Notes: generated by a model from the letters alone, not told the origin. Shown: positions 24,413 to 34,096, counted from the first letter of the stretch. The stretch is 56,727 bases of DNA from Chloroflexota bacterium (GCA_005882985.1 VBEJ01000036.1:1-56727); one strand, 5' to 3'. Translations and numbers: made by a program.

Positions 24413-25387
24413 ATGCAGACAACCGTCGTAGGGAACTACCCCAAGATCCCGAACCGTCCTCGCCCCGCGCGTCTTCGTCAGGCGATCAACCGCCGCGACC
24501 GGGGCGAAATAACAAGCGAGGAGCTCGCCCGAATCGAGGACGAGGTTACGGTCGAGGTGATCGGCGAGCAGGTCGAGGCTGGTCTCGACATCATTACGGA
24601 CGGACAGGTGCGCTGGGACGATGACCAGACTTATGTCACGCGGCGCCTCGGCGGCGTCGAAATAGGCAGCCTCGAACGCTACCTCGATACCAATACTTAC
24701 TACCGGCGGCCTGAGGTGACCGGCCCCGTCTCCTGGCGCGAGCCCATCCTGGTGCGCGACTACCGCTTCGCCGCCGAGAACAGCGCCAAGCCCGTCAAGG
24801 CGATCATCACCGGCCCCTATACGCTCGCCGCGCTGTCCCTCGATAATCACTACGGCAGCCGGGAGAAGCTAGCCCTGGCGCTGGCAGAGGAATTGCGAAA
24901 CGAAGTGCAGGCGCTGGCGGAGGCCGGCGCGCCGATCATCCAGGTGAACGACCCGGTGATCGTATTCAATAAGGACGATATCGAGATCTTTTCCCGCGCC
25001 CTGACGCGAATGCTGAACGGCGTCCAGGTGGAGACGGCCGTCTACACGTGGTTCGGCAGCGCAGCGCAAATCCTCCCTGCCCTTCTTGATCTACCGGTGG
25101 CTACCATCGGCCTTGACTTCGTATCGGGCCGCGACAACTGGGAGGCGGTAAAATCCGTCCGCTTTGACAAGAAGCTCGGCGCCGGAATCGTCGACGGGCG
25201 CAACACCCGCATTGAGTCCCTTGAGCAGATTGAGGAATCGATTAGGCGTCTGTCCGAGTCAGTCCCGCCGGCTGATATTTATGTCAACCCTTCTTGCGGC
25301 CTGGAATACCTCCCGCGGGAGACGGCGTTCGAAAAGCTGAAGCGAATGGTCGAAGGCGCACGCAGAGCGCAACCTGTAGCCGCGTAG
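24413..25387 (+). CDS. cobalamin-independent methionine synthase N-terminal-barrel homologue (Meth_synt_1-like), stand-alone
   Basis: 324 aa. Aligns by eye with E. coli MetE N-terminal barrel landmarks: LDTNTYYRRPE (FNTNYHYMVPE), YTWFGSA (TTYFEGV), GAGIVDGRNTRI (SAGLINGRNVWR), YVNPSCGLEYLP (WVASSCSLLHSP). Lacks the H-x-C zinc motif. Confidence 0.8.
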   Translation: MQTTVVGNYPKIPNRPRPARLRQAINRRDRGEITSEELARIEDEVTVEVIGEQVEAGLDIITDGQVRWDDDQTYVTRRLGGVEIGSLERYLDTNTYYRRPEVTGPVSWREPILVRDYRFAAENSAKPVKAIITGPYTLAALSLDNHYGSREKLALALAEELRNEVQALAEAGAPIIQVNDPVIVFNKDDIEIFSRALTRMLNGVQVETAVYTWFGSAAQILPALLDLPVATIGLDFVSGRDNWEAVKSVRFDKKLGAGIVDGRNTRIESLEQIEESIRRLSESVPPADIYVNPSCGLEYLPRETAFEKLKRMVEGARRAQPVAA

Positions 25388-25400
25388 GCGTCGATGGGGT

Positions 25401-25467
25401 AAGGTTTAAGCACGACCTCCGTCTTGAAGCCACGGCTTCCGGCAACGAGGATTGAGGCTTAAACCTT
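25401..25467 (+). promoter_or_regulatory. structured intercistronic element (11-bp perfect closing stem enclosing about 45 nt)
   Basis: AAGGTTTAAGC (25401-25411) pairs perfectly with GCTTAAACCTT (25457-25467). An inner hairpin GAAGC-CACG-GCTTC lies at 25426-25439. Sits between the two MetE-type cistrons, 40 nt upstream of the ATG at 25507. Confidence 0.3.
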
Positions 25468-25506
25468 CAGAGATTAGGCCGAGAAGGCCAGCCAAAGAGG
25501 AAAGCA

Positions 25507-26502
25507 ATGCCCGCACTAACAACAAACGCCGTCGGCTCCTATCCCAAGCCTGACTATCTCGCCCAAGCGCGGACCCAGTTCTCCCAAGGCAAGATCGACC
25601 GCGCGGAGCTCGATAAGCTAGAGCGCAAGGCCACCGAATACTGGATCCGCAGCCAGGAGCAGATCGGTCTCGACGTGCTCGTCCACGGCGAGATGGAGCG
25701 CGGCGACATGGTCGCCTACTTCGCCGGCGAGCCGGGCGGCAATCCGATCGGCGGTATGAAACTCGGCGGCCTCGTCCGCTCCTACGGCAATCGTTACTAC
25801 CACAAGCCGATAATCGTCGACAGGCTGACCTGGCCCGGCCCGATGACCGTCGAGATGTGGCGCTACGCGCAGAGCCTGACCGACCGTCCGGTCAAGGGCA
25901 TGCTCACCGGCGCCTACACGATGGTCGAGTGGTCGTTCGACGACTACTACCCTTCCCGGCGCGACGCGGTGCTCGACATGGCGCCGATCATCCGCCGCGA
26001 GGTCGAGGAGCTGGTCAAGGCAGGCGCGAAATACATCCAGATCGACGAGCCGGCCATCCACACGCGGCCGAACGAGGACTTCGACCTGGCCGTCGAGGCG
26101 ATGCACCTGACCGTCGACGGCATCGACGCCGAGTTCCACACGCACATCTGTTACGGGGAGGTCGAGAAGATCTATCCCGACATGCTTCGCCTGCCCGTCA
26201 AGCAGATCCACCTCGCCTTCATGAACACAGACTTCGAATACCTGAAGCTGATCGAGCAGACGCCCTTTGATAGCGGCAAGGATCTCGGCGTCGGCGTGAC
26301 GGACATCCACACGCGCTTCATCGAAAAAGTGGAGGACGTTAAGGACGGCATCCGCCGCACGCTGAAGCTCTTCCCGCCCGAGCGACTGTGGATCTATCCC
26401 GACTGCGGGCTAAAGACCCGGACGACGGACGAGGCTGAGGCGAAGCTCCAGGTAATGGTGGACGCCGTCCGCGACATCAAGCGCGAACTCGAGATCGAAT
26501 AG
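25507..26502 (+). CDS. metE: cobalamin-independent methionine synthase catalytic (C-terminal barrel, Meth_synt_2-like) protein, stand-alone core MetE
   Basis: 331 aa. DVLVHGEMERGDMVAYFAG (E. coli DVLVHGEAERNDMVEYFGE), zinc ligand motif HTHICYGE (H-x-C), and YPDCGLKTR (second Cys). Confidence 0.85.
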   Translation: MPALTTNAVGSYPKPDYLAQARTQFSQGKIDRAELDKLERKATEYWIRSQEQIGLDVLVHGEMERGDMVAYFAGEPGGNPIGGMKLGGLVRSYGNRYYHKPIIVDRLTWPGPMTVEMWRYAQSLTDRPVKGMLTGAYTMVEWSFDDYYPSRRDAVLDMAPIIRREVEELVKAGAKYIQIDEPAIHTRPNEDFDLAVEAMHLTVDGIDAEFHTHICYGEVEKIYPDMLRLPVKQIHLAFMNTDFEYLKLIEQTPFDSGKDLGVGVTDIHTRFIEKVEDVKDGIRRTLKLFPPERLWIYPDCGLKTRTTDEAEAKLQVMVDAVRDIKRELEIE

Positions 26503-26593
26503 CGTCCGCCCCAAGCTCCAGTGACCTAGCCGTCCGTCCACCAGCGCAAGCTGAGCTGATCGAAGCCGAACCTCGACAGTCTCCGAACAATGT

Positions 26594-26622
26594 TTGCCGC
26601 TAGTCGAATTCGCTGCTAAACT
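26594..26622 (+). promoter_or_regulatory. candidate promoter (TTGCCG-17 nt-TAAACT with TGn extension)
   Basis: -35 at 26594-26599 and TGCTAAACT at 26614-26622, 37 nt upstream of the ATG at 26659. Confidence 0.4.
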
Positions 26623-26658
26623 CGCTCCAAACCTCACGCGCACGTCAATGTTTATCCG

Positions 26659-28125
26659 ATGACTACCGCTGAAACCGGGACGGGAACCACCGCCTCCTCC
26701 CTCAATGACATCTTCCACCCGCGGTCTGTCGCCATCGCCGGCGTCTCCACGCAGCAACCGGGGTTCGCCGGCGTCGGCATGGGCTTCCTTCTCTCGCTCA
26801 TGGAGCTCCGCTTTCCGGCCGTCTACCCCGTCAATCCCAAGTACCAGGAGATCGAGGGCCTCAGGTGCTACGCCAGCGTGCTGGATATCGATGGGCCGGT
26901 CGATCACGTGATCTCGAGCGTCCCTGCGCGCATCGTGCCCCAGCTCGTGGAGGACTGCATCGCCAAGGGAGTGCGCAGTGTCCACTTCTTCACCGCGGGC
27001 TTCCGGGAGACCGGCGATGATGAGATGGCCGACCTCGAGACGCAGGTCGTGGGCCGTCTAACCGGCTCCGGCATTCGCGTCTTCGGCCCGAACTGCATGG
27101 GGCTATACGTTCCCGAATCGAAGCTCGCCTTCATGCCCGGCTTTCCCGCGGAGGTCGGGCCTGTCGGCTTTATCTCGCAGAGCGGCGGCAACGCCGGCGA
27201 GATGGTCTACACCGCCGCCGTCCGCGGCATCCGCTTCTCGAAAGCCGTCTCGTACGGCAACGCCTCTGATATCGACGAGAGCGAGCTGCTCTCGTACCTG
27301 GCTGCCGACCCGCAGACGGATGTCATCTGCGCCTACATCGAAGGCGTCAAGGACGGCCGGCGCTTCTTTGAGGCCATGGGCGAAGCCGCGGGCGTCAAGC
27401 CGGTGGTGGTCCTCAAAGGCGGGCGCACTGCTTCGGGCACCCGTGCCGTTATGTCACATACCGCCAGCCTCGCCGGATCGCTGGAAGTATTCGACTCGCT
27501 GTGCCGACAGGTGAATGCCGTGCGCGTCAACAGCGTCGAGGAGATGGCCGACCTGGCGATCGCCTTCCGCTACATGCGCGCGCCGGACGGCCCGGGCGTC
27601 GGCGTGGTAGGCGGCGGGGGCGGCTTCAGTGTCTTCGCCGCTGACGAGATCGACGACGCCGGTCTCCAGTGCCCCGTGCTGCCGGAGCAGACCCAGAAGG
27701 CGCTCGGTGAGATAAACCCAGTCGCAGGCACGTGCGTGCGCAACCCGGTGGACACGATCGCGATCTTCGAGTCGCCCAAGCTTGAGCAGACGCTCCGCCT
27801 CATCGGCGAGGCTGAGAACATCGATGTCATCCTCTACCACACGAGCTTTAGCTGGGGGCGCGGCCGCCGCTCGATGGCGATGCTCGGCGCCGACCCCGTT
27901 CACTACATGCAGATGCAGGTCCAGCAGATGGTGAAGGCGCGCGAGGCTTCCGGGACGCCGATCGTCGTCGTCCTGCGACCGCCTCTCGACGTTGAGAGCA
28001 TGGAGCGCACGGCTGCTTTCCAGGAGAAATGCTGGCAAGCGGGCTTCCCCGTCTTCCCCACCATCCCCCGGGCCGCGAACACTATCGCTAAAGTCCTGCG
28101 CTGGGCGCGCGGGCGCTCAGTCTGA
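26659..28125 (+). CDS. CoA-binding acyl-CoA synthetase (NDP-forming) alpha-type protein
   Basis: 488 aa. CoA-binding Rossmann start FHPRSVAIAGVS, then GPNCMGLY, ISQSGG and SHTASLAG, as in the succinyl-CoA synthetase alpha / ADP-forming acetyl-CoA synthetase alpha domains. No ATP-grasp domain seen. Confidence 0.8.
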   Translation: MTTAETGTGTTASSLNDIFHPRSVAIAGVSTQQPGFAGVGMGFLLSLMELRFPAVYPVNPKYQEIEGLRCYASVLDIDGPVDHVISSVPARIVPQLVEDCIAKGVRSVHFFTAGFRETGDDEMADLETQVVGRLTGSGIRVFGPNCMGLYVPESKLAFMPGFPAEVGPVGFISQSGGNAGEMVYTAAVRGIRFSKAVSYGNASDIDESELLSYLAADPQTDVICAYIEGVKDGRRFFEAMGEAAGVKPVVVLKGGRTASGTRAVMSHTASLAGSLEVFDSLCRQVNAVRVNSVEEMADLAIAFRYMRAPDGPGVGVVGGGGGFSVFAADEIDDAGLQCPVLPEQTQKALGEINPVAGTCVRNPVDTIAIFESPKLEQTLRLIGEAENIDVILYHTSFSWGRGRRSMAMLGADPVHYMQMQVQQMVKAREASGTPIVVVLRPPLDVESMERTAAFQEKCWQAGFPVFPTIPRAANTIAKVLRWARGRSV

Positions 28126-28131
28126 GGATGC

Positions 28132-29859
28132 CTACCTTCGTCCGAACTCCCGCGCCAGCGCGTCCGCGCTGAGGTGGATCATCGTCGGCCGTCCGTGCGG
28201 GCAGGTGTTCGGCGTCTCGCTCTCCTCGAGCTGTCTCGAGAGCTCCCGCATCTCCTCCACCGAGAGCGTCTTTCCGGCACGGACCGCCGCGTGGCAGGCC
28301 AGCGACATCGCAACGCGGTCCCGGCGATCGCCCTCGCCCTCCTCGAACATCAGGTCGAGGAACTCGACCACCGCCTGTCTGACGTCCCCGCCCGCGAGGG
28401 ATCTTGGGAGAGCTCGCAGGACGCAGGCACCATCCCCGAACGGCTCGATCTCGAAGCCGTGGGCAGCAAGGGGCTCCGCCTGCTCCGCGATCAGCGTCCG
28501 CTGACGCGGCGATACCTCGAGCGACAGCGGCTCGAGCAGGCCCTGGAGCTCCGGGGTGCCCTCCTGCCGCTTCCGCCAGAAGCGCTCGTAAAGCACCCGT
28601 TCATGCGCTGCGTGCTGGTCGATCAGGTACATTCCCTCCGGCCCCTCTGTGATGATATAGGTGCCGCCCATCTGGCCTATGACGCGCAGCACGGGCAGCG
28701 CTTGTGATGGCGTTGCTGGGATTGCTTGCGTTGCACCGTTTGGCCCCGGACTCCCCGCGACCGCGGGCGGAGCCGTGGTAGCCGCCACGCGCACGCCGTG
28801 CTCCCATAGCAGGGGAGCAGTCGCCTGGGCCGACAGCCCAAGCGTGGGCGCGGCTGCCAGCACCGGCGCGCCGGCGAGCAAAGCTGTGCGCACCGCCCGC
28901 TGAACAGCGCCGAATACCGCCCCTTCATCGCGGAAGCGCACCTCCGCCTTCGTCGGATGGACGTTAACGTCCACCTCTTCCGGCGGAACTCGCAACTGAA
29001 GGACGGCTACCGGATGGCGCCCCGTCATGAGCAGCCCTTGATACGCCTCCTCCACCGCGAAGGAGATACGCCGGTTCTGGATCCAGCGCCGGTTCACGAA
29101 CAAGCTAATGTACTGCCTGCCGGCCCGCGAGACCTGCGGCGGCCCCACCAGCCCATCCACGAGGACAGTGCTCGCGGGCTCCCCGTTCCCCACCTCGAGC
29201 ATCGCCGCCGCCGTTTCCGCACCGTACACGGCCACGAGAGCGTCGCGTGCGTCGCCGCTTCCCGGCGTCTGTAGCGCCTGCCTGCCATCGATGGTCAGAG
29301 TGAAGCGGACCTCTGGGCAAGCGAGCGCGTAGTGACTCACCACCGCTGTTACCGCGCTTGTCTCGCTCGCTGGCGAGCGCAGGAACTTGCGCCGCGCCGG
29401 CAGGCGCGCAAAGAGACGCCGGACGGTAACGGATGTGCCCACCGGGGCACCACAGGCCGAGAGTTCGGCCGGCGCCTCGGGCACGAGTCGCAGCCTTGCC
29501 GCCGAATCGCTTCCGGCCGGCCGCGACACCATTTCGACCTCGGCCACCGCTGCGATCGAAGGGAGAGCCTCGCCGCGAAAGCCCAGGGTCAGGACCTTGT
29601 CGAGATCCGCGTCGTCGGCGAGCTTACTGGTGGCGTGACGCTGAAATGCTGCCTCGAGCTCCGCCACCTCGATGCCCGAACCGTCATCGCTCACTCGTGT
29701 TGAATCGAGCCCGCCGGCGGCTACTTCAATAACGATCCGCGCGGCGCCGGCGTCCAGCGCGTTCTCGACGAGCTCTTTGACGACCGAGGAGGGGCGTTCC
29801 ACCACTTCACCGGCAGCGATGCGAGCGGCGACATTAGGCGGCAGAACACGGATCGGCAA
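28132..29859 (-). CDS. mutL: DNA mismatch repair protein MutL
   Basis: 575 aa, TTG start after GAGGAAG. GHKL ATPase N-terminus IRVLPPNVAARIAAGEVVERPSSVVKELVENALDAGA, then GFRGEAL, and a C-terminal dimerisation domain (CPHGRPT). Confidence 0.95.
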   Translation of the reverse strand: MPIRVLPPNVAARIAAGEVVERPSSVVKELVENALDAGAARIVIEVAAGGLDSTRVSDDGSGIEVAELEAAFQRHATSKLADDADLDKVLTLGFRGEALPSIAAVAEVEMVSRPAGSDSAARLRLVPEAPAELSACGAPVGTSVTVRRLFARLPARRKFLRSPASETSAVTAVVSHYALACPEVRFTLTIDGRQALQTPGSGDARDALVAVYGAETAAAMLEVGNGEPASTVLVDGLVGPPQVSRAGRQYISLFVNRRWIQNRRISFAVEEAYQGLLMTGRHPVAVLQLRVPPEEVDVNVHPTKAEVRFRDEGAVFGAVQRAVRTALLAGAPVLAAAPTLGLSAQATAPLLWEHGVRVAATTAPPAVAGSPGPNGATQAIPATPSQALPVLRVIGQMGGTYIITEGPEGMYLIDQHAAHERVLYERFWRKRQEGTPELQGLLEPLSLEVSPRQRTLIAEQAEPLAAHGFEIEPFGDGACVLRALPRSLAGGDVRQAVVEFLDLMFEEGEGDRRDRVAMSLACHAAVRAGKTLSVEEMRELSRQLEESETPNTCPHGRPTMIHLSADALAREFGRR

Positions 29860-29877
29860 ACGGCTTCCTCGCCGCCG

Positions 29878-29889
29878 ATTCTAGCACGT
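29878..29889 (-). promoter_or_regulatory. extended -10 element upstream of mutL (ACGTGCTAGAAT)
   Basis: Minus strand reads GGACGTGCTAGAATCGGCGGCGAGGAAGCCG-TTG. The -10 ends 18 nt before the start codon, with the SD sequence in between. Confidence 0.45.
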
Positions 29890-30019
29890 CCGTTCGCCTG
29901 ATGAAACCGCATGTTCGGGGCCACGTTTGTCACATGTCTTTGCGTGCCGAAAACGCCGTCAGCTCGCGTTTGGGACATCTCTGTAACAGGCGCTCTATTT
30001 CGGGACTCTTATATGTAGG

Positions 30020-32719
30020 GTGCGGCCCATTTACCCGCCAATAACCAATCTAAGACACACGGAAAGGCGGACCTCCCGCTTGGCCGAAGCCGAATCGCGC
30101 GCCACGCGCATTGCCTACCTAGAACACGCGGCTGCCATACTCGAGCGCAGCCAGGCGCCTGCTACCCCTGCACAGCAGGAACCGAGCGACAAGGGCGATC
30201 GTGACGGCGCGGCATCCTCCTCTCCCCCTCGCGCGAGCAAGCTCGCCGGCGACGGGGACCGTGGGCACACGACACTGTGGGAGCGGTTCGACCTCTTCCC
30301 GTTCGTTACGCCCAATCCAAGGTTAGTCCTGGCGCTCCAGGCGTTCGCAAAGGCCGCCGGCCTCGCCGTTGTCATAACGGGCGGGTTCGTCCTTGCCGGT
30401 TGGGCACTAGACATTACGCTTCTAAAGAGCATCTCTTCCAGTTTCGTTGCGATGAAGCCGAACGTTGCGCTGGCGTTCGTGCTAGCCGGCGCGGCTCTCA
30501 ATATCGTGTCGACCAGCCCGGCAAACCGGAAGCTCCGCTTCGCAGCGCTCGCCTGCGCTTTCCTTGTCGCCTTAACAGGCCTCCTCACCCTTAGCGAGTA
30601 TCTCTACGACTGGAATCTGAAAATTGACCGCTTGCTCTTCAGCGAACCACCTGGAGCGCTCGGCACATCTACCCCGGCTCGCATGGCGCCCACGTCTGCC
30701 CTCTGCCTTTTCCTGATCGGTATCTCTCTCCTTGTGCTCGAGGTCCGGCGTTGCTATCCGGTGGCGCAGGTCCTCACTCTCCTCGCCGCGCTCGTTTCCC
30801 TGACGGCCTTCATCGGCTACGTCTACGGCGTCGGCTCTCTTTACGAGGGCGGCTCCTCAACTGCGATGGCCCTCCATTCCTCGCTGTGTTTCCTGCTCCT
30901 CTCGTCGGGAATCCTCCTGACGCGCCAGGACCACGGTCTCCTCGCCATCGTCACCAGCGATGCCGCGGGTGGCGTTATGGCTCGCAGGCTGCTGCCCGCC
31001 GCCATTCTCATCCCGCTTCTGCTGGGCTGGGTCACTGTACTCGACGAAGAAGCGGGCCTGCACGGGCCCGCATTCGGCGTCTTCCTCGTGGTCATCTGGA
31101 GCATCGTCAGCTTCGCCGCCCTCACCTGGTGGAACTCGGGTTCGCTTTACCGTCTCGATGTCGAGCGTCAACGGGCGCAGGACGAGTTGAAGAAGGGCCA
31201 GGCGCAGCTTGCGGAGGCGCAGCGGATCGCGCACGTGGGGAGCGCCGAGTGGGATATCGCGACCAAGGCTATCACCTGGTCGGACGAAATGTTCCGCATG
31301 TTCGGTAACGAGCCCGGCGAAGTGCCGCCCGGCTACGAAGTCTTCTTGCAGAGGGTTCACCCGGACGACCGCAGAGCGGTCGAGCAAAATATCACCCGCA
31401 CCGTGCGCAGCGGCGAGCCGTTCGCCTTCGACTACCGGATCGTCCGGCCCGACGGGTCGATTCGCATGGCCCACGGCGAGGGACAAGTTGTTCGCGACGA
31501 GGCGGGCGCGCCTGTCCGGCTGCTCGGGACCGCCCAGGACATTACCGAGCGCAAACAGATTGAGCACGCCCTCCGCCAGAACGAGATGCGGACGCGGTCG
31601 ATCATCGACACCGCAAATGACGCCTTCGTGGCCATCGACGCGGCGGACGTAATCAAGGACTGGAACCCGCAGGCCGAGCTTACCTTTGGCTGGAAGCGAG
31701 AAGAGGCGGTGGGCCGCAGCCTCGCCGAAACGGTCATCCCTCCTGCGCGTCGGGAAGCACATCTGGAAGGGCTGCACCGTTACGTCCTGACCGGCGAAGG
31801 TCCGATGCTCAACCGCCGGGTCGAGCTTGAAGGTCTGCACAAAGACGGCCACCTATTTCCGGTTGAGATGACAATCTCGCCGATCCGCTGGGGCCGCAGC
31901 CATATCTTCAGCGCCTTCATTCGCGACATTACAGAACGCAAGCAGGCCGAGGAGGCGCTGGCGCACCAGACGGGGGAGCTGACCCGCATCAACGCGGAGC
32001 TCGAAGACTTCACTCACAGCGTCTCGCACGACCTTAAGGAGCCGCTCAGGGGTATCGAGGCGTTCGCCGGCTTCATTGCGGAGGACTACGCCGACAAGCT
32101 CGACGAGCAGGGACAGGGCTACGTCAACGTGCTACGCGAGAGCGCGGTTCGTATGAAGGACCTCATCGACGACCTGCTCCAGCTCTCACGCATCGGCCGG
32201 ACGAGGCTGGAGCAGGCGCCGGTCGCGATGAGCGCTCTCGTCCGGGACGTCAGTCTCGAGCTCAGCTTCGCCCTCCACGAGAAGCGCGTCGAGCTGCTCA
32301 TCGATCCGGACATGCCTACCGTCCCGTGCGATCCAGCTCGCATGCGCGAGGTCTTCAAGAACCTGATCTCGAATTCTGTGAAGTACAACGATAAGCCGCA
32401 GCCCAGGATCGAGGTCGGCTGCGGCATAGATAACGGCGCATTCATCTTCACCGTGCGTGACAACGGTATCGGCATCGCGGCGGAGTTTCACGAAAAAATC
32501 TTCAAGATCTTCCAGCGCCTGCACCACCGTGAAGAGTACGAGGGCACGGGAGTCGGTCTCGCCATCTGCAAGAAGGTAGTGGAAGCGCACGGTGGACGCA
32601 TCTGGGTAGAGTCAGCGCCCGGCGAAGGCACGACCTTTCTCTTTACGATACCCCGCAGCGCGGCCAAGCAACTCGGACAGGAGGAACGCGAGAATGGAAG
32701 CTACGCTGGCGCCGTTTAG
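30020..32719 (+). CDS. multi-TM sensor histidine kinase with two PAS domains
   Basis: 899 aa (GTG start; the true start may be further downstream). About 8-10 hydrophobic helices, a coiled linker, two PAS domains (each ending DITERKQ), H-box FTHSVSHDLKEPLR, and HATPase motifs (NSVKYN, DNGIGI, GTGVGLAICK). Confidence 0.85.
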   Translation: MRPIYPPITNLRHTERRTSRLAEAESRATRIAYLEHAAAILERSQAPATPAQQEPSDKGDRDGAASSSPPRASKLAGDGDRGHTTLWERFDLFPFVTPNPRLVLALQAFAKAAGLAVVITGGFVLAGWALDITLLKSISSSFVAMKPNVALAFVLAGAALNIVSTSPANRKLRFAALACAFLVALTGLLTLSEYLYDWNLKIDRLLFSEPPGALGTSTPARMAPTSALCLFLIGISLLVLEVRRCYPVAQVLTLLAALVSLTAFIGYVYGVGSLYEGGSSTAMALHSSLCFLLLSSGILLTRQDHGLLAIVTSDAAGGVMARRLLPAAILIPLLLGWVTVLDEEAGLHGPAFGVFLVVIWSIVSFAALTWWNSGSLYRLDVERQRAQDELKKGQAQLAEAQRIAHVGSAEWDIATKAITWSDEMFRMFGNEPGEVPPGYEVFLQRVHPDDRRAVEQNITRTVRSGEPFAFDYRIVRPDGSIRMAHGEGQVVRDEAGAPVRLLGTAQDITERKQIEHALRQNEMRTRSIIDTANDAFVAIDAADVIKDWNPQAELTFGWKREEAVGRSLAETVIPPARREAHLEGLHRYVLTGEGPMLNRRVELEGLHKDGHLFPVEMTISPIRWGRSHIFSAFIRDITERKQAEEALAHQTGELTRINAELEDFTHSVSHDLKEPLRGIEAFAGFIAEDYADKLDEQGQGYVNVLRESAVRMKDLIDDLLQLSRIGRTRLEQAPVAMSALVRDVSLELSFALHEKRVELLIDPDMPTVPCDPARMREVFKNLISNSVKYNDKPQPRIEVGCGIDNGAFIFTVRDNGIGIAAEFHEKIFKIFQRLHHREEYEGTGVGLAICKKVVEAHGGRIWVESAPGEGTTFLFTIPRSAAKQLGQEERENGSYAGAV

Positions 32720-33149
32720 GATCCTGCTCGTCGAGGACAACCCGAACGACATCGAGATTACCCGGCGCGCTCTTGCGAAGGGCCAGGTGAAGAACGAACT
32801 GACCGTCGCCCGCGACGGCCAGGAGGCGCTCGACATCCTCTTCGGCTCCCGCGCTGGGACATCCCTTCCGGGCCTGATCCTGCTTGACCTCAACCTACCC
32901 CGAGTCGACGGCCGCCAGGTCCTCTCGCGCATCAAGAGCGACCCCGTGCTGAGGCGCATTCCCGTCATCGTGCTCACCACCTCCACGCGCGAAGAGGATG
33001 TTGTGCGCACGTATGACCTGGGGGTGAACACCTTCATTTCGAAGCCGGTTCGCTTCGAAGATTTCATCAAGGTCGTCACGGCGATTCAGGAGTACTGGAT
33101 CGTCATCGCCACACTGCCGCCGACAAGCGCTGCCGGAGGAGTGGCGTGA
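32694..33149 (+). CDS. single-domain response regulator (CheY-like receiver)
   Basis: 151 aa. RBS AGGAGGA. Overlaps the kinase 3' end by 26 nt. ILLVEDNPND, LILLDLNLP (phospho-Asp), VIVLTTS, FISKP. Confidence 0.9.
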   Translation: MEATLAPFRILLVEDNPNDIEITRRALAKGQVKNELTVARDGQEALDILFGSRAGTSLPGLILLDLNLPRVDGRQVLSRIKSDPVLRRIPVIVLTTSTREEDVVRTYDLGVNTFISKPVRFEDFIKVVTAIQEYWIVIATLPPTSAAGGVA

Positions 33150-34096
33150 TGGTCAGAACTTCAGTACGCGTCCTCCTCGTCGAGGACAACGACCACGACG
33201 CAGAGATCGTCAAGCGAATGCTCGGCAAATACACGGCGGTTAACTACGTGCTCGAGCGCGTCCGCTCAACGGCCGAATGCCTTGATCGGATGGCCGTCGT
33301 GCCCTTCGACCTCCTGCTCCTCGATTACAGCCTCCCAGGTGAAGACGGCCTGAGCTTTTTACGGCGGCTGAACTCCGACGGCGACCAGCCACCCGTCATC
33401 ATGCTGACCGGCTGGGGAGATGGGCGCGTTGCTGCGGAGGCGATGCACAGTGGCGCTTACGACTACTTTCCCAAGAACGCAATCAACTCCCAGATCCTCG
33501 CCCACGCCATCCACCAGGCGCTCGAGAACTACCGCTGGGGGCGCGAGGAGAAGCGCCTGCGTCAGGAACTCGAGCGCCTCGCCATCACCGACGAACTGAC
33601 CGCCGTCTTCAACCGCCGCTACATGGCGCAGGCGCTGGAGCGCGAGTGCAACCGCGCGCGCCGCTACCGGCGGGAACTCGCCTGCCTGATGATCGACCTG
33701 GACGACTTCAAGACCTACAACGATATCCACGGCCACCTGGTCGGCGACGTTGCGCTCAAACAGGTCGCAGCGATGATCAGCCAGTGCGTCCGCGAGACCG
33801 ACGTCGTCGTGCGCTTCGGCGGCGAGGAGTTCGTCGTGATCATGCCGGAAGCCAACCAGAGCGCCGCCATGCTCGCCGCGGAGCGCATCTGCGACTCGAT
33901 CGCGGGCCAGGGCCTCGCGGTGGGCGACGGCGCGGTCGCTATCACTGTCAGCATCGGCGCCTGCACGTCGAATGACGACCACGAGATAACACCCGACACA
34001 ATGCTCGCCTGCGCTGACCGTAACCTGAGGCAGGCCAAGATCGAAGGAAAGAACCGGGTGCGCGGCCAGCCACCGCGCCCCGCCGCCGCGATGTGA
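33146..34096 (+). CDS. response regulator-diguanylate cyclase (REC-GGDEF)
   Basis: 316 aa, with a 4-nt overlap with the preceding gene. REC (VLLVEDNDHD, LLLLDYSLPG, IMLTG, FPKN) plus GGDEF with an intact GGEEF and I-site RETD five residues upstream. Confidence 0.9.
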   Translation: MMVRTSVRVLLVEDNDHDAEIVKRMLGKYTAVNYVLERVRSTAECLDRMAVVPFDLLLLDYSLPGEDGLSFLRRLNSDGDQPPVIMLTGWGDGRVAAEAMHSGAYDYFPKNAINSQILAHAIHQALENYRWGREEKRLRQELERLAITDELTAVFNRRYMAQALERECNRARRYRRELACLMIDLDDFKTYNDIHGHLVGDVALKQVAAMISQCVRETDVVVRFGGEEFVVIMPEANQSAAMLAAERICDSIAGQGLAVGDGAVAITVSIGACTSNDDHEITPDTMLACADRNLRQAKIEGKNRVRGQPPRPAAAM

